From Utricularia gibba (Eukaryota > Plantae > Magnoliophyta): a stretch of DNA of 64,000 nt. Under the pieces are notes generated by a model. That model did not search any database. It was not told where the DNA came from and saw only the letters and a program-made list of their open reading frames with translations. The stretch lies in NCBI GenBank assembly GCA_002189035.1, contig NEEC01000017.1:2294001-2358000 (forward strand), given 5' to 3'. Shown piece after piece: positions 36,767 to 49,324 of the stretch; the first letter of the stretch is position 1, and each line of letters opens with the position of its first letter. The translations under genes and the position numbers were made by a program.

Positions 36767-38311
36767 TTAGACTGCAGCTCCGATTTCATTTCCTTGGAGA
36801 AATGCGAGCCTGCAGGGATGCTTCATGACGGTGGTGAACTCCTGCTTCTCGGTGAGATCAACTCCATCTCCTTCCACTGGACTCCACTGAAAATGCCAAA
36901 CCAGGTTGGCTACGAAGTATTCCAGATGCAGCAGCGCCACCCCCAAACCTGGGCATATTCTTCTCCCGATTCCGAAAGGCATCATCTTGATCTCCTTACT
37001 CCCTGTTATATCGAATTCGAACGCCTCCTGGATAAACCTCTCCGGCTTGAACTCCATCGGGTCCGCCCAAACCTCTGGATCCCAACCCATATCAGCTACC
37101 ATGAAGTTGATCGTAGCGTTTTTGGGGATCCTGTAGCCGCCCAATTCAGCATCTTCTTTCACCTTATGGGGTAGCACGAAATGGCCTGGTGGATGTCGTC
37201 TCAGCCCTTCCAACACAACTGCTTTCAGATATGGCATCTTCTCCAAATCCTCCTCTTGCACATTCTTCTCCACCTCCTCTGCAGATGGGGCTCCGCCAAC
37301 AACTCTGCTTATCTCCTGGTAAAGCTTCTCTTGAAGATGTGGGTATTTGACAAGATTAGCCATTATCCATTGCAGAGCCGTGGAGGTTGTATCTGTGCCT
37401 GCATTGAGAAACTCACTGCAGAGTGTCATCATCTCAGCTTCTGTCAACTTCCTCTTCTCCTCTGGGAGCTCTATGTCAGCAAGGGTGTCAACATAAGCTA
37501 CTGTCTGATGTTCGGCGGCGTTGATACGAGCCCTGATAAGGGGAATCAGCACTTTCTCCTGATCGTCTATCATCTGAACCAGCTGGTCCCAGGACTTTGG
37601 GAACAGGTACCTTGTGAGGCGCGGCCAGATCGTGAGACGGCCGAAGCTGCTGAGTGAGAGAAGGAGATTCCGTTGCACGGTTTCGATTTCTTTGATTTGG
37701 GAATCCGAGAAACGGTCCCCAAAGCACATGAACACCAACAAGCTGAACATAGCGAACTGAAAGTGGTCAATCAGATGTACCGAAGACGACGACTGGGCCG
37801 CGGCGCTGAGGCGGCTGATCATGAGCGAGAGAACCCACCGCCGGGTGTGCGCATACGCTTTCACACGAGAGGGGTGCAGGATTTCCTGAGAGAGATTGCG
37901 GCGGAGGAGGCGCCACGTCGGACCGTACGGGGAGGAGCTTATATTCAGCTGGGACTGACGGAGTAATTTGGAAATCGGCATCGAACCCGGGCGGTCGGAA
38001 AAAACGGCGCCTTTCTGGACGAGGGCGCGATGCGCGAGAGAGTGACTTCCAACGAAGATCACTGAGTTTGAGCCGACCTTAATGGTGATGATGCCGCCAC
38101 AGCGCGCTTTGAGCCCACGAAGAATCACCTCCATGTCGGAGACAGGTTTCCGCAACCATATTAGGTTCCCGATGAGAGGGATCCTCAGTGGCCCAGGTGG
38201 AAGATTATCGCCGCGGTGAAACAGGCGGAGCGTGGCGTTCACTACGGCGGCGATGCATAGCGTGGCGGTAACAATGAACCAGAGCTCCATGATGAAAGGC
38301 AAATCATCCAT
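36767..38311 (-). CDS. Cytochrome P450 CYP89A-like (intronless); C-terminal frameshift near 36816
   Basis: PPGP hinge, AGTDTT I-helix, EGLR (ExxR), FKPERF and heme motif FGIGRRICPG. Likely ATG at 38311 or 38290. Confidence 0.95.
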   Translation of the reverse strand: MDDLPFIMELWFIVTATLCIAAVVNATLRLFHRGDNLPPGPLRIPLIGNLIWLRKPVSDMEVILRGLKARCGGIITIKVGSNSVIFVGSHSLAHRALVQKGAVFSDRPGSMPISKLLRQSQLNISSSPYGPTWRLLRRNLSQEILHPSRVKAYAHTRRWVLSLMISRLSAAAQSSSSVHLIDHFQFAMFSLLVFMCFGDRFSDSQIKEIETVQRNLLLSLSSFGRLTIWPRLTRYLFPKSWDQLVQMIDDQEKVLIPLIRARINAAEHQTVAYVDTLADIELPEEKRKLTEAEMMTLCSEFLNAGTDTTSTALQWIMANLVKYPHLQEKLYQEISRVVGGAPSAEEVEKNVQEEDLEKMPYLKAVVLEGLRRHPPGHFVLPHKVKEDAELGGYRIPKNATINFMVADMGWDPEVWADPMEFKPERFIQEAFEFDITGSKEIKMMPFGIGRRICPGLGVALLHLEYFVANLVWHFQWSPVEGDGVDLTEKQEFTTVMKHPCRLAFLQGNEIGAAV

Positions 38312-38997
38312 TGCAACTGCCCCGGAGCTTAAATAGGAAGAGGAAGAGGAACTGCACACGGCTTTGACGCTTGATCTTCCGAAGATGTCGCCATCGGAAA
38401 GTCCATTTCCCCCATTAGTGATATGACGTAGTGGCTGACAGCATCTGTAGGATCAACGACTACATACCTTGAGGCAAGCTGATCTCATCCTATCGCTTGC
38501 AAATCGCAAAATGATCCAAAATGTCGAATTCCACGAAGAGGAAATCAAAAGCATCTGCGCTTAGAACAAATGGATTGCATGAACATACAAACATGGCATC
38601 TTAATGATCAAGAAGCACCTCGTTGTGCCCGCACTCAAATTTGGGAGTGATGTCCATGACTTTGAGGCGAGTTGATGAGGCTTTCAACTCAGGATCTCAG
38701 CCTCTGCAAATCAAAAATCTTGAATCTGAAATCAAAATAAGCCTCTAAAGAATCTCAGCCTCTGGAGTAGCTAGAACAAAGGACCAATATGAAATGATAT
38801 AAACATGACATCCGAAGTACAAGAGAGCAGAAAGCAACCGTTCCTATTGTTCTTTCGTTTGGTTCTTGCCGCAATAAACACTCCATTCATCCAGAATCAG
38901 TAAGCCAGGCCTAACCTCGAAACAAAGCGGCTGCGCTGCATCTTTGTGTGAAGTAAGCCTCGTGTGCATCTGAAGCAGCCATTTTGTTGGCTGGGGG

Positions 38998-41216
38998 TCA
39001 TCCACGGACCTGTCTTGGGCCACCTCCTAAACCCATCTTCTGCCCCAGAAGTGCTAATTGCTCAACAAACTCGCCTCCAGAAAGAATCTCTGTGGTTCCA
39101 TAAATGATGTTCTTGGTGGGTTGATGGTGCTGTGCTAGTTCCTGCAGGCTTGTGAACTCGACGTAATTTCCACCACCGATCATGAAAACGATAGCTTCCT
39201 TGAATGGTCCTGCTCTCACTTGGCTGCTGCTTGAACCAGATTTTGGAGCACGAGGGTCAAAAGTGAGATATGAATCGACTTCAGGGTTAGATTTCCCCTC
39301 CATCAGCGCATCAACTGTTCTGGTCAATGCCAGTTGACGATCACTGGATAGAAGATTCTTGACACCAGCAGTCACCGCACTGATGGACTGACCATACAAT
39401 CTTTCAGCCCAATCGACGATGTTACTCCTGCTAGAAGAATTAGCTGATGCCAAGGAGGCATTCAATGCTTTTATCTTCTTCACGTACTGGAGAGCACTTA
39501 CATCAACCTCGGCCTCAGCAAGCGCAGCTTCCACTGCTTCCACTTCAGATGCTGGAATGCTCTGCGCTGAAATTAGAAACAATATGGAAAACCTTAGTTT
39601 GTCGATCTTGGTCCCTTTCCCCTTCAGAACCGCAAGGATTTCACCCCGATCAACCACACCCCTGACCATCATTTCATTCTCCTTCTTAACATAAGAATCA
39701 AGAGACCTTTCCTTAATCTCGCCCAGTAACACAGTTGCAATATTAGTATGCTTATCAATGACCTGCTTTCTCTCAGTCAACTCTGGAAGTGAATTCACTG
39801 CATTCATCAAATGCTTAGTATTCCCAATCAAATCTGTTCCATCAAACTCGGCTTCTTGACCACCTGTCCGTCTATTTACTTCTGCAACATCATCTTTATA
39901 TTTATTCAATTGTGTCTCAATTTCTACAGCTACTTCCGGGAAATCTAATGACCCATTTGACATCCAAAATGGGTCAGAATGATCCAAGTCATATGATTTC
40001 ATTACTCCCTTCTCACCTCTCACGTTCAGTCTATTAAGCCTCAAGCCTAGCACATCATGAACAAGTGGTTTATACCTAAAGTCATGTTGTATAGCCACAG
40101 CCAGCTCAAAATTCCGATCAAACATACAGAGGATCGGCCTCTGAAATGTGCTGCTTATGCTGCCAGCCTCGCTGAACAAATTATGTTTTGACAATAACTG
40201 GTCCTGCAACTTCTGTGCCAACAAGGATGCCACCATCTCCGCAGGCCCCCCAGGTGGACATCGGATGATCGGAACCACTGCCAGAGTTGCCAAAACGCAG
40301 AACAATCCTCCCACAATTTTTTCAATAATTTCCTCAATTTCCTTATCTCCAGCAGATGGATCATTTAATTGAACATAGCAATTCTTGCTGGCTAACGAGA
40401 ACAAGTTGTCCTCCAGGGTAACAAATTCCAAATATTGATCATGCACCTTGGAGATCCTCTGGATCGAATCAGAATTAGTGGTTCCTGAAACAGAAGCCTG
40501 AGCATGAGCATGAAGAATAACATAGCATCTCAAACATGATCTGCTTGAAATTAGAAAAATCAAGTAAGATAACTAAAGGTCATCGAGAATGCATTGGCAG
40601 GAATACCCATCATCACTTACTTGAACCTAAATCTACATATGAAGTTACCAATTTAATCATAGTACAGCATATTCAAGGCAAATAAATCAAGATCAAGCCA
40701 ATCAACTCAGTGAAAACAAGACTTAGGGTTCCAAAACACACATATCTAACAGCAAGGTTACCAGTAGCGAGGTCCTCAAGTAGCGGCCTAGGAATGGAGG
40801 AGGAGAAATTGAGGTGGAACGAATCGTAGAGTGCTCTCGATGCGTCTTCCACGATGCGACGCACATTTGAAGGTGTCGGTTGCAGAAAATACACGGCGGG
40901 CACATCGGGGACAGGATTCCGATCCTTGTCAAGCAGGAAGTAAAGGGTGATTCCGTGTTTACGCAAGTCCTTCACATGGATCAATGGAGATAATATGTCC
41001 TGACAAAAACGGTCGTAGATCAAGATCTTGTACACCTCCTCCTTCGCCGTGCCGGTTGTTGCGCTTACCGTTTGATTCAGATTCAGCATCCGAATTATAC
41101 AGTCTGTAGATAACAGAAGCAGCATGAGAAAAATTGAGATCGATTCCGAATCTAAAACTGTCATACATCACAGAACAACATTTACCGATTTGCCTCTGAC
41201 GGAGATTCAGCGCCAT
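38998..41216 (-). CDS. SLY1: SEC1-family vesicle transport protein SLY1
   Basis: Three exons: MALNLRQRQI|DCIIRMLNLN...YKILIYDRFCQDILSPLIHVKDLRKHGITL...LATG|TTNSDSIQRISKVHDQYLEFV...EAIVFMIGGGNYVE. Confidence 0.95.
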
Positions 41217-41456
41217 GTCGGTGCGATGAGGGTCTCCGCTTCCTGAACTCTGGAACAGACGGCTTCTTTTGCCTAAAATTGAGTTCTAGCATAAATCTTT
41301 GGCTTTTTTACAAATCACCCCCAAGGTTTCTCTTTAATTAATTTTTATCGCATTTCCTGAATATATCATTTTAGCCACCCATTTATCTTGATTCTCTCAT
41401 CAAGCCCGATACTTTATCTTTCGCCGGTTGTCAAACCGTCACTTGGTTCCCAAATT

Positions 41457-42272
41457 ATGGCGGCCGCCGCGGCAGCGTTGAAAACACTGCTTCTCCGGCA
41501 CAACACTGCGCTAAGGCGCTACTCCAACGGTGGTTACCTTTGGTTTGGAGTAACGAGGCCCATTTTGACGACGATTCCGGCGTTCAATAATAGGGAAAGG
41601 GTTTCACTTCTGAAGTGTGCGTACCGCCGAAATTTCAGCATTCGCGCTACCGCGGACTCTGGCAGTTCTTCCTCAATTGAATCTCCGTTGATGCAATCGA
41701 TGACGAATAAGGTCCTTGTTCCTTTTCGCTTTGCAGTTTGTGCTTTTATTATGCTGCAATTTAGAAACCAGGGATGGTGTTTTTCGTAGTTTCCCTGCTT
41801 TAGATATTTGTGTGGTAGGATGAAAAATGGCAGATGGGTAAAATTCTCCATGATAAAGGTCGCATTTTTCAGAAATCTGCATAGATATGCAATTGCATGC
41901 TGTTTGAAGTTTGTGCAGTAATCTGACATTGAATTGAGGTTATCACTTTAGATCAAGGAGCAGTTAAACGCAGAATCTGTGGTTGTAAAGGATGCTTATG
42001 GTGATGGTCGCCATGTAAGGTGAAGACTCTTCCACCATCGGTTGTGCACCTTCACAACTCAACCGATCATTGTCTGGTTTTGTCCTTGGATTGAAACGTA
42101 TGTGCCCTTTCTGTGCAGCATAGAAGTGATCTCTTCTGCATTCGAGGGGCAGTCAGCTGTGAACAGGCAGAGGATGGTGTACAAGGCCATATGGGAAGAG
42201 CTCCAGGACAGAGTTCATGCCGTTGATCAGATGACGACGCGCACACCATCCGAAGCCGGATCCAGCAGCTGA
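41457..42272 (+). CDS. BOLA4: BolA-like protein 4, organellar
   Basis: Targeting peptide, then [13 protein letters not shown]|[22 protein letters not shown]|[37 protein letters not shown]. Confidence 0.9.
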
Positions 42273-42830
42273 TGGGCATCATTTGCTGTGTTGGAAACTG
42301 GATTCTTTCTTGAATTTGGATTACCCCTTCTCCGTTTTTTAAAGGGATTTTGTGCCTTGTTGGTGTTGAAAAACAGGAGAGATTTATAAATTCATCGTTT
42401 TATGATGTGCATATAAACAAAATTAATCATGTAAATTAATTTTTTTATTTTAGTATACAAAAAAGAAAGGAGTACCGATAAAATATATAGAACAAGAATA
42501 ACTCATGCATTATTACATGTCATAACTCACAATTTATTTGTATATCATTATTTGTTTTGAACATTCAATTTTCATTGTTTTCTAATATTTTATTTTGAAG
42601 AAAACATTTCTTATGTGATTCAAACCCAATATCTTAACATAATGGCGATTTATTGTTTCTGGTAAAAAATCACTCCTAAGATGCAAATGGTGGAGGTTTG
42701 AAAGCATATCAACTTGGGAAGGAATCCATGGTTATACTATTGTTGTACAAATTGTTTCGGATGAGATTCTGAGCTATACACCTTATTTTTTGAGATTCGA
42801 TGTGCATTTCTAGAATATGTAATACCTTCC

Positions 42831-43050
42831 TGCAATGTTTATTTACAACATGATATTTTTCAAATTGTGATGATTCACATTAATCATAATACATTATTTT
42901 AAAAATTGTTTAGAACTCTTAGTGTTGAGTCAAGACTTCGTGCAATATTTATTTACGACGTGATATCTTTCAAATTATGATGATTCATATTACTCATAAT
43001 ATATTATTTTAAAAATTGTTCAAAACTCTTCATGTTGAGTCAAGACTTCA
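42831..43050 (+). repeat. Tandem duplication of a 110-bp AT-rich unit (two diverged copies)
   Basis: 42831-42940 and 42941-43050 both start TGCAAT.TTTATTTAC and end GTTGAGTCAAGACTTC, with scattered substitutions and no offset. Confidence 0.85.
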
Positions 43051-43771
43051 TCTGACGAAGGGGCAAAAACATAAAATTTTGGGTGTCTGATAAGATAACG
43101 TGCACTAATCCTTGTTTTGTTTGGGACCCCAGCCATCCCTAAGCCGTGTGTGATACCGACACTCCTTGAGGCTTACAATTAGCAGGGTAGCTTTGTGGGT
43201 TATTGATTGGGCGGCCACGTTAGGCAAGCCGAAGAAGGCAACTGGATACTTTCCTTGGCTTTAGTCTGCTTGTGGACTGGAGGGTAGAAAAGTCAAGAAA
43301 ATATCACAACACCCACCCAATCACAATTAGCCGTACGTGATTGGGCGGTTAGTGGAATTACAATATTATTATTTGGACTCGCTATTTTTTAATAATTATC
43401 ATTAGCCGCCCACATTTCATTTATTCTCAAAAATGCAACCGGCAGTCCTAATCCTTGTTTAATTAATTAAATGAATTTAATTTCGGACCGCACATTTCTT
43501 CCGGAGTCATGTCGTTAACGTACAAGGTTGAAAACAACACGTAACGCGCACCCTTCCCCACATTACAACATTTTTTTCTATTATTTTAATGAAATGGATT
43601 TTGGCGGTAATTGATTCTTTATTTTAATTTAAAGATTTTGTGCAGTGGACGTGGACCAATCGGCTTCCACGTGTTGATCGCTGAGTTGGTTTGATATATA
43701 TAGCTTGAGCCTCGAGCAATTGTTGCTATGCTAAACACGCCGCAGTGCGCCGCGGGGTGGAGAAAAGGCCG

Positions 43772-44486
43772 ATGATGAAGATTCATCCGAATTCCTCCCG
43801 TGAGAATCGTGTCGAGGAACCGCCGGAGGTGCTCACTGTGTGGAGGAAATCGTTGATTTTCAACTGCAACGGATTCACAGTTTTTGATTCGAGAGGCAAT
43901 CTCGTCTACCGTGTCGACAATTATGCCAACAACGGCGAGATCTTCCTCATGGACGCCGCCGGCAACGCGATCTTGACATTCCGTCGCAAGGTGAGTTCGA
44001 TTATTGATTGAATCGAAGCTTCGATGTGTTTATTTTCCTCGAGAGGAAATTGAATTTGCAGTCGCCTTTGCAGAAACTGAGTTTCTCGGATTGCTGGGGG
44101 TGTACGACGGAGAGACAGCGGGGTATCCCCTGTTCGTGTTGAAGAAGAATGTGAATTTTCTAGGAAATAAGTCCCTGGCGAAGGCAACCGTCCACGGAAA
44201 TCGGCTAACCAGATCTGGATCTCAATCGATCTACAAAATCGAAGGGTGCTACACGCAGCGTTGCTGCTGTGTGTACGACCGTGAAAACCAGCTAGTAGCG
44301 GAGATAGAACCTAAGGAATCCTCGATCAAAGGAGTTTCTCTGGGGAGCGATATATTCCGTTTGGTTGTCCGGCGTGACTTGATCGATTCCGCGGCGGCGA
44401 TGGCGCTCGTCGTACTCCTCGATCAGATGTTCCCATCATCGAACACGCCGAGGCGGTTTGTTCGCAGCTCCTCGCTCAGAGCATGA
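43772..44486 (+). CDS. LURP-one-related (Tubby C2-like) protein; probable frameshift near 44098
   Basis: LTVWRKSLIFNCNGFTVFDSRGNLVYRVDNY...LMDAAGNAILTFRRK| then YKIEGCYTQRCC...FRLVV...AAMALVVLLDQMF. One intron, 43991-44073. Confidence 0.88.
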
Positions 44487-45400
44487 TCGGGTCGGGTTCC
44501 CGTCTCCGTCCTCTTATGAAATCGCTTTTATACCCTCGGCAAGTGACCCAACCCTGTGTTTTTGGGAGGTTGGGTTTTTTGGTAAATACAATGCCTGGGC
44601 CTGTTTGGTTTTTTAAGGTTTTAAATTAAAATAAGAAACTCGCATATAACACAACTCCAATAAAACAGGAAAACGCGTCCATATTTGCGTTATGTTCCAC
44701 AAGTTTTCAATAATCAGGATTCCCCCCTGGATTAGTATAAATTTAAAGAGCCCCCCTGGAGTTCATTATTTCACAAGATGACCCATCGATGGGGGCCACC
44801 TAAGGATCATGTGTCCGTCAGAAGTGAAGGGTTTTCAGCCTTTCGATACAACGAAAAGGCAGCATTTATCTCCATGGCGGCCTTCATTTTTAGCCGTCCA
44901 AGCCCTAACAGGAATCGCCTGGTCTTTAATTGGGACTCTATTTCATCAAGCTTGGATCCTGAATTTTATGCTGCCCGATCATTTCTCTATGATTCTGAGG
45001 TGAGGTTGTTTTTCTTTATTTCATATGTGTGCCTCGATTTCTCCGCCGTGGCCGTTTCTCGATCGCTGGGTGTTGGTAAGAAACGATTGACGTTCGATAG
45101 GTCTGCTTTTTGCTGCATGGATTAGTCTCTGGTAGGGACGTTGATAGAGCTGGTTTGAAAACATGGGTTTTAACTTTTTAGAGATGCGAAGGTCGTTTGA
45201 TGGTAAATATGATTTAATTTTCGTAGCTGATCGTGTTGTGTGGTCGTCTGAGCGATCTTGTGTGTTTTGCAGATATCCTTGAGAGTCTGTAGTAATCAAA
45301 GAGATCTGGTCTGGGGGCTCGATTATTTCGAGCCTTGGATGGTCAAGAAAAGAGGATTTACACATTTTTCGGATTTTGGGTTGATTTTGCTCTGTTAGAA

Positions 45401-46234
45401 ATGCCCCTTCTGCCTAAAAGCGATACAATTCAGATCCGGGAGGTGTGGGATGAAAACTTAGAGGAGGAGTTTGCTTTGATTCGTGAAGTGGTAGATGAGT
45501 ATCCTTACATTGCAATGGACACAGAGTTTCCCGGTGTTGTTCTCCGCCCTATTGGTAATTTCAAGAATTCAAGTGATTATCATTATCAGACATTGAAAGA
45601 CAATGTCGATCTGTTGAAGTTGATTCAACTGGGGCTTACCTTTTGTGATGAGGAGGGGAATTTGCCTACCTGTGGAACTGATAAACACTGCATCTGGCAA
45701 TTCAACTTTCGTGAATTCAATCCTAATGAGGATGTTTTTGCAAATGACTCAATCGAACTACTCCGGGAAAGTGGCATTGATTTTGGAAGGAACAATGAGA
45801 AAGGCATCGATGTCAGACGTTTTGGCGAGCTTCTCATCTCATCCGGGATCGTTCTGAACAATAATGTTTCCTGGGTAACTTTCCATAGCGGCTACGACTT
45901 CGGATATCTGCTAAAGCTGTTGACCTGCCAGAACTTGCCTGATACACAAACTGGATTCTTTGACTTGATGAACATATTCTTCCCTGTGATTTACGACATC
46001 AAGCATTTGATGAGGTTCTCGAACAGTCTGCACGGCGGGTTGAACAAGCTGGCCGAGCTGTTGGAGGTGGAGAGAGTAGGCGTTTGCCACCAAGCTGGCT
46101 CTGATAGTTTGCTTACTTCATGCACTTTTAGGAAGCTGAAGGAGAACTTCTTCAGTGGCTCACTGGAGAAGTACTCCGGTGTATTGTATGGATTAGGTGT
46201 TGACAATGGGCAATCTGGTTGCAGCAGCAGCTAG
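45401..46234 (+). CDS. CCR4-associated factor 1 (CAF1/POP2) deadenylase (intronless CDS)
   Basis: [48 protein letters not shown] and [10 protein letters not shown] (DEDDh nuclease). Confidence 0.96.
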   Translation: MPLLPKSDTIQIREVWDENLEEEFALIREVVDEYPYIAMDTEFPGVVLRPIGNFKNSSDYHYQTLKDNVDLLKLIQLGLTFCDEEGNLPTCGTDKHCIWQFNFREFNPNEDVFANDSIELLRESGIDFGRNNEKGIDVRRFGELLISSGIVLNNNVSWVTFHSGYDFGYLLKLLTCQNLPDTQTGFFDLMNIFFPVIYDIKHLMRFSNSLHGGLNKLAELLEVERVGVCHQAGSDSLLTSCTFRKLKENFFSGSLEKYSGVLYGLGVDNGQSGCSSS

Positions 46235-46605
46235 AAGCTTTTAAGATCAACCCTGACTAAATTTCTCAGGTGCTGTGCAGAAACTGCCGCACTGTTTTCT
46301 GTATACCAACTAAATATAATTGCCTCTGTTTTTGATACGCATTCGTTCATGTGTTGCTGCCGGCTCCCCCAACATCTCTTGCCGTTCATTTTTGAATGTT
46401 CAGTAAAATAAGTGCAGGGACAAGACTTACTGGTTCCAGAATGATGGTTATTATTATTATGGAGCATCATTCCGAAACCTAAAATCAGGGGTGTTGTCAT
46501 TGAACATCAGAGGAGAGGATATTGATCCGTTCATGACCGTCCGATTTGAACCACAGCAGCTAGTCATTGATCTCCACTGCAAAACTGGGTTTGTGCTTCT
46601 GCGCA

Positions 46606-49324
46606 TTAGCTGAGGCCACTATCACTGGTACTCGTACGAGCAGGCAGCTGCATATTCGCCAGGTCTCCTCTGGGCAAGTTGTTCACGTCTCCTCCACCTG
46701 CAGCTCCGGAGTTGGTGAGTGCGATCAGGTGAGCCCCCTGCTTGTTCTTCCTGAAAATCAGGTAACCAATGCTGGCTAGATATGCAGCCATGCCGATGAA
46801 CCCCAGTCCCCCGCAGAACACGAGCCCCACCATCTTCATGCCGCTGTGGCGAAGCCACGAAACCAAGGCTGCGGCAAGGTAGTAGATGTTTATGCCCATT
46901 ATCAGTGACCCAATCACCCAAGTCGTGGCTGAAACCTGTCACCAAAGATCCGAGTATTTTCTTTCACCAGCTCGAACTTCAGGGACAACCAATCCGATGG
47001 TGTCTCTTCGGAGGAGAGAGTGGAAAAACACATGTTTAGAAGAAAGTTGTGGGCTTACGTATTTGGAATTTGCATATGATCCCATCTTGGTCTCGCAGCT
47101 TGTGAACTTGAGAAGTGGCACCAGAGCGAACGGAAGCTCAAAGGATAATATCATCTGTTAAGAAATGCACATCTTTCAGCAAGGGGATGCTGCTGGTGCA
47201 TGTTGATATTGGGGAGGGCGTACCGATGCTACGATGATCAGGTTTCCGGCACCAGATGAACCGCCACATATTGCAACGATAAGGCTTGGGACGATGGCTA
47301 GGCTTCGAGTCAACATGTTCCTGATCCATGGCTTGAGGCGCAACTCAAGAAATCCCTGCATTATATACGAAGATGCGGGTGGTTGAATGGATGCAGGATA
47401 CCTGGCATTGGATGCACCGTGCCGAACTACGACAACGAGATGGTTTTGAGAGGAAACCTGCATGACATACTGTCCAGCATATGTCCCAGTGATGGTGGAG
47501 CTCATGCCTGAGGCGAGCAAAGCAATTGCAAAAAGCTTGGAACTCCATTTTCCAAGAACATTCTGCCACAAGCAGTATCGGTTTATCATGAAGAGTGACT
47601 CTTAGAGATGCACACCCCTCGTTTTGATCACCAGGCTTACCTTCAGCAAAAACGAAGCCTCGTTCAAGTCAAGGTTTTCGCATCTCTTGATCTCTTCCGA
47701 GCTCAGCTCCCCAGAATGGCAAACGGCTCCCGTTACGGAGATCACTGAGACGTTGATCAGGAAGGCTATTGCTAGAGCGAAGCCACTCTCGATCAGATAA
47801 AACTTGCACGCCTCCTGAGTTGAGGAGGAAGAAACTTCTCAAGCCTTCAGTATATGCTGTATACAAAAGCAGAGATGATTCTTGGACAAAGATCACACCT
47901 TTATGCTATGGACGGACCGTGGAATCTTTCTCGAAAGCACCAGGGCTGAATGAAGGAAAAGATTGTGGCTGCAGAGTGTTCAGATCACAACCATCCTCAG
48001 AATCTAGTAGCTGGTGGTGATATGTAGCAAGCTTAAAAGCAAGACTTACGGCATGACCATGGCACCAAGCAAGGAAATAGCTAGTTTGGTTGCACCACTT
48101 CCCTTGAGCTGGGGAACGAACAAACCATGGAGAACTTCCGATGCGTCGGGCTTCGAATAGTTCATCTCCACCAAGAAGCAGCAAGCGATTGTGAGAACGA
48201 GCAGAGCAATCAACGTTTCTAGCTTCCTTACCTGCATCAATACACAAACAAGTGAAACCACGAGGAAGGCTGTGATCTTCGTGCACGAGTAAAGAGGCAT
48301 TGACATACCCCATACTGCTGCAACAGTAACAGAAACAATGTACTGAAGCCCGTGATCAGTACACCACACCATAGCGGGATGCCAAAGAGCATGTTAAGAG
48401 CAAATGCTGTTCCAATCACTGTCATTTTTAAGACAGCATTGAAAACAAGTTTCAGATGTTAGAATGGATTTCCACAGCATAAAAATGAGGTATCATCTGA
48501 TCAGAGGGCGACCTTCAGGAATGTCGCAGGCAATGACAGATACTTCAGCGAGAACCCACAACAAGTAATTTGGGATTCTTGGGTACTCCTTTCTGCAGTG
48601 TTCAGCCAGATGCTTTCCTGTACAAGAAGAATCATATTGCTGTCAAAACCAAGACCAGGGTCATGAAAGAAGAAACGCCTTCGAGTGGATTCACAAACCA
48701 CCTGTTACTACACCAAGATTGGCAGCCAGGGATTGTATCAGAAGAGCAGCACATGAAGCAACCAATATGATCCAGAGTAGCTATGAGATCAAGTAGAACA
48801 CCAAGTTTGTTATAAACCAGCTTTAGAACTGAATCAAGTAAGAATTCCAATTCAACCGGGACCCCGAGTTTATACTCGACTACTCTTGACTCAGTAGGAA
48901 AACATAGCTGTGCTCACCCCATACTGGTACTCAGCTCCGGATTGAAGATCAGCTTGAACTGCAAGCAGAAGAGTTAACAGATATGATCGGCCATGAACAA
49001 ATTAAGACACTACATAATAGATTCACGAGAACTTACAATTCCCCGGATCGATATAAGCAATGGAGACAAGAAAGCCGGGTCCCATATATGCAAACAGGTT
49101 CTTCCAGCTCTTTTCCTGCAGAATTTTCAAGATTCGCATTATGAAACCTTCACGTTTCAAGTTATATGAGCCAATGAATTTCAAATAGAAAAGAGGAAGA
49201 AGAACCCCCACATCAGGCACTGCAATCTGGCCTTTGTCGATTTCATCTACGAACGTCTCATTGGGGTAAGTTCTACTACTTCCGGTCGTGAGAAACTGGG
49301 GGGCGCCGCCGTTGCCACCGCCAT
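46606..49324 (-). CDS. NRAMP metal transporter (NRAMP1/6-like); frameshift in the first coding exon near 49300
   Basis: [81 protein letters not shown] and [17 protein letters not shown]. Confidence 0.94.
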
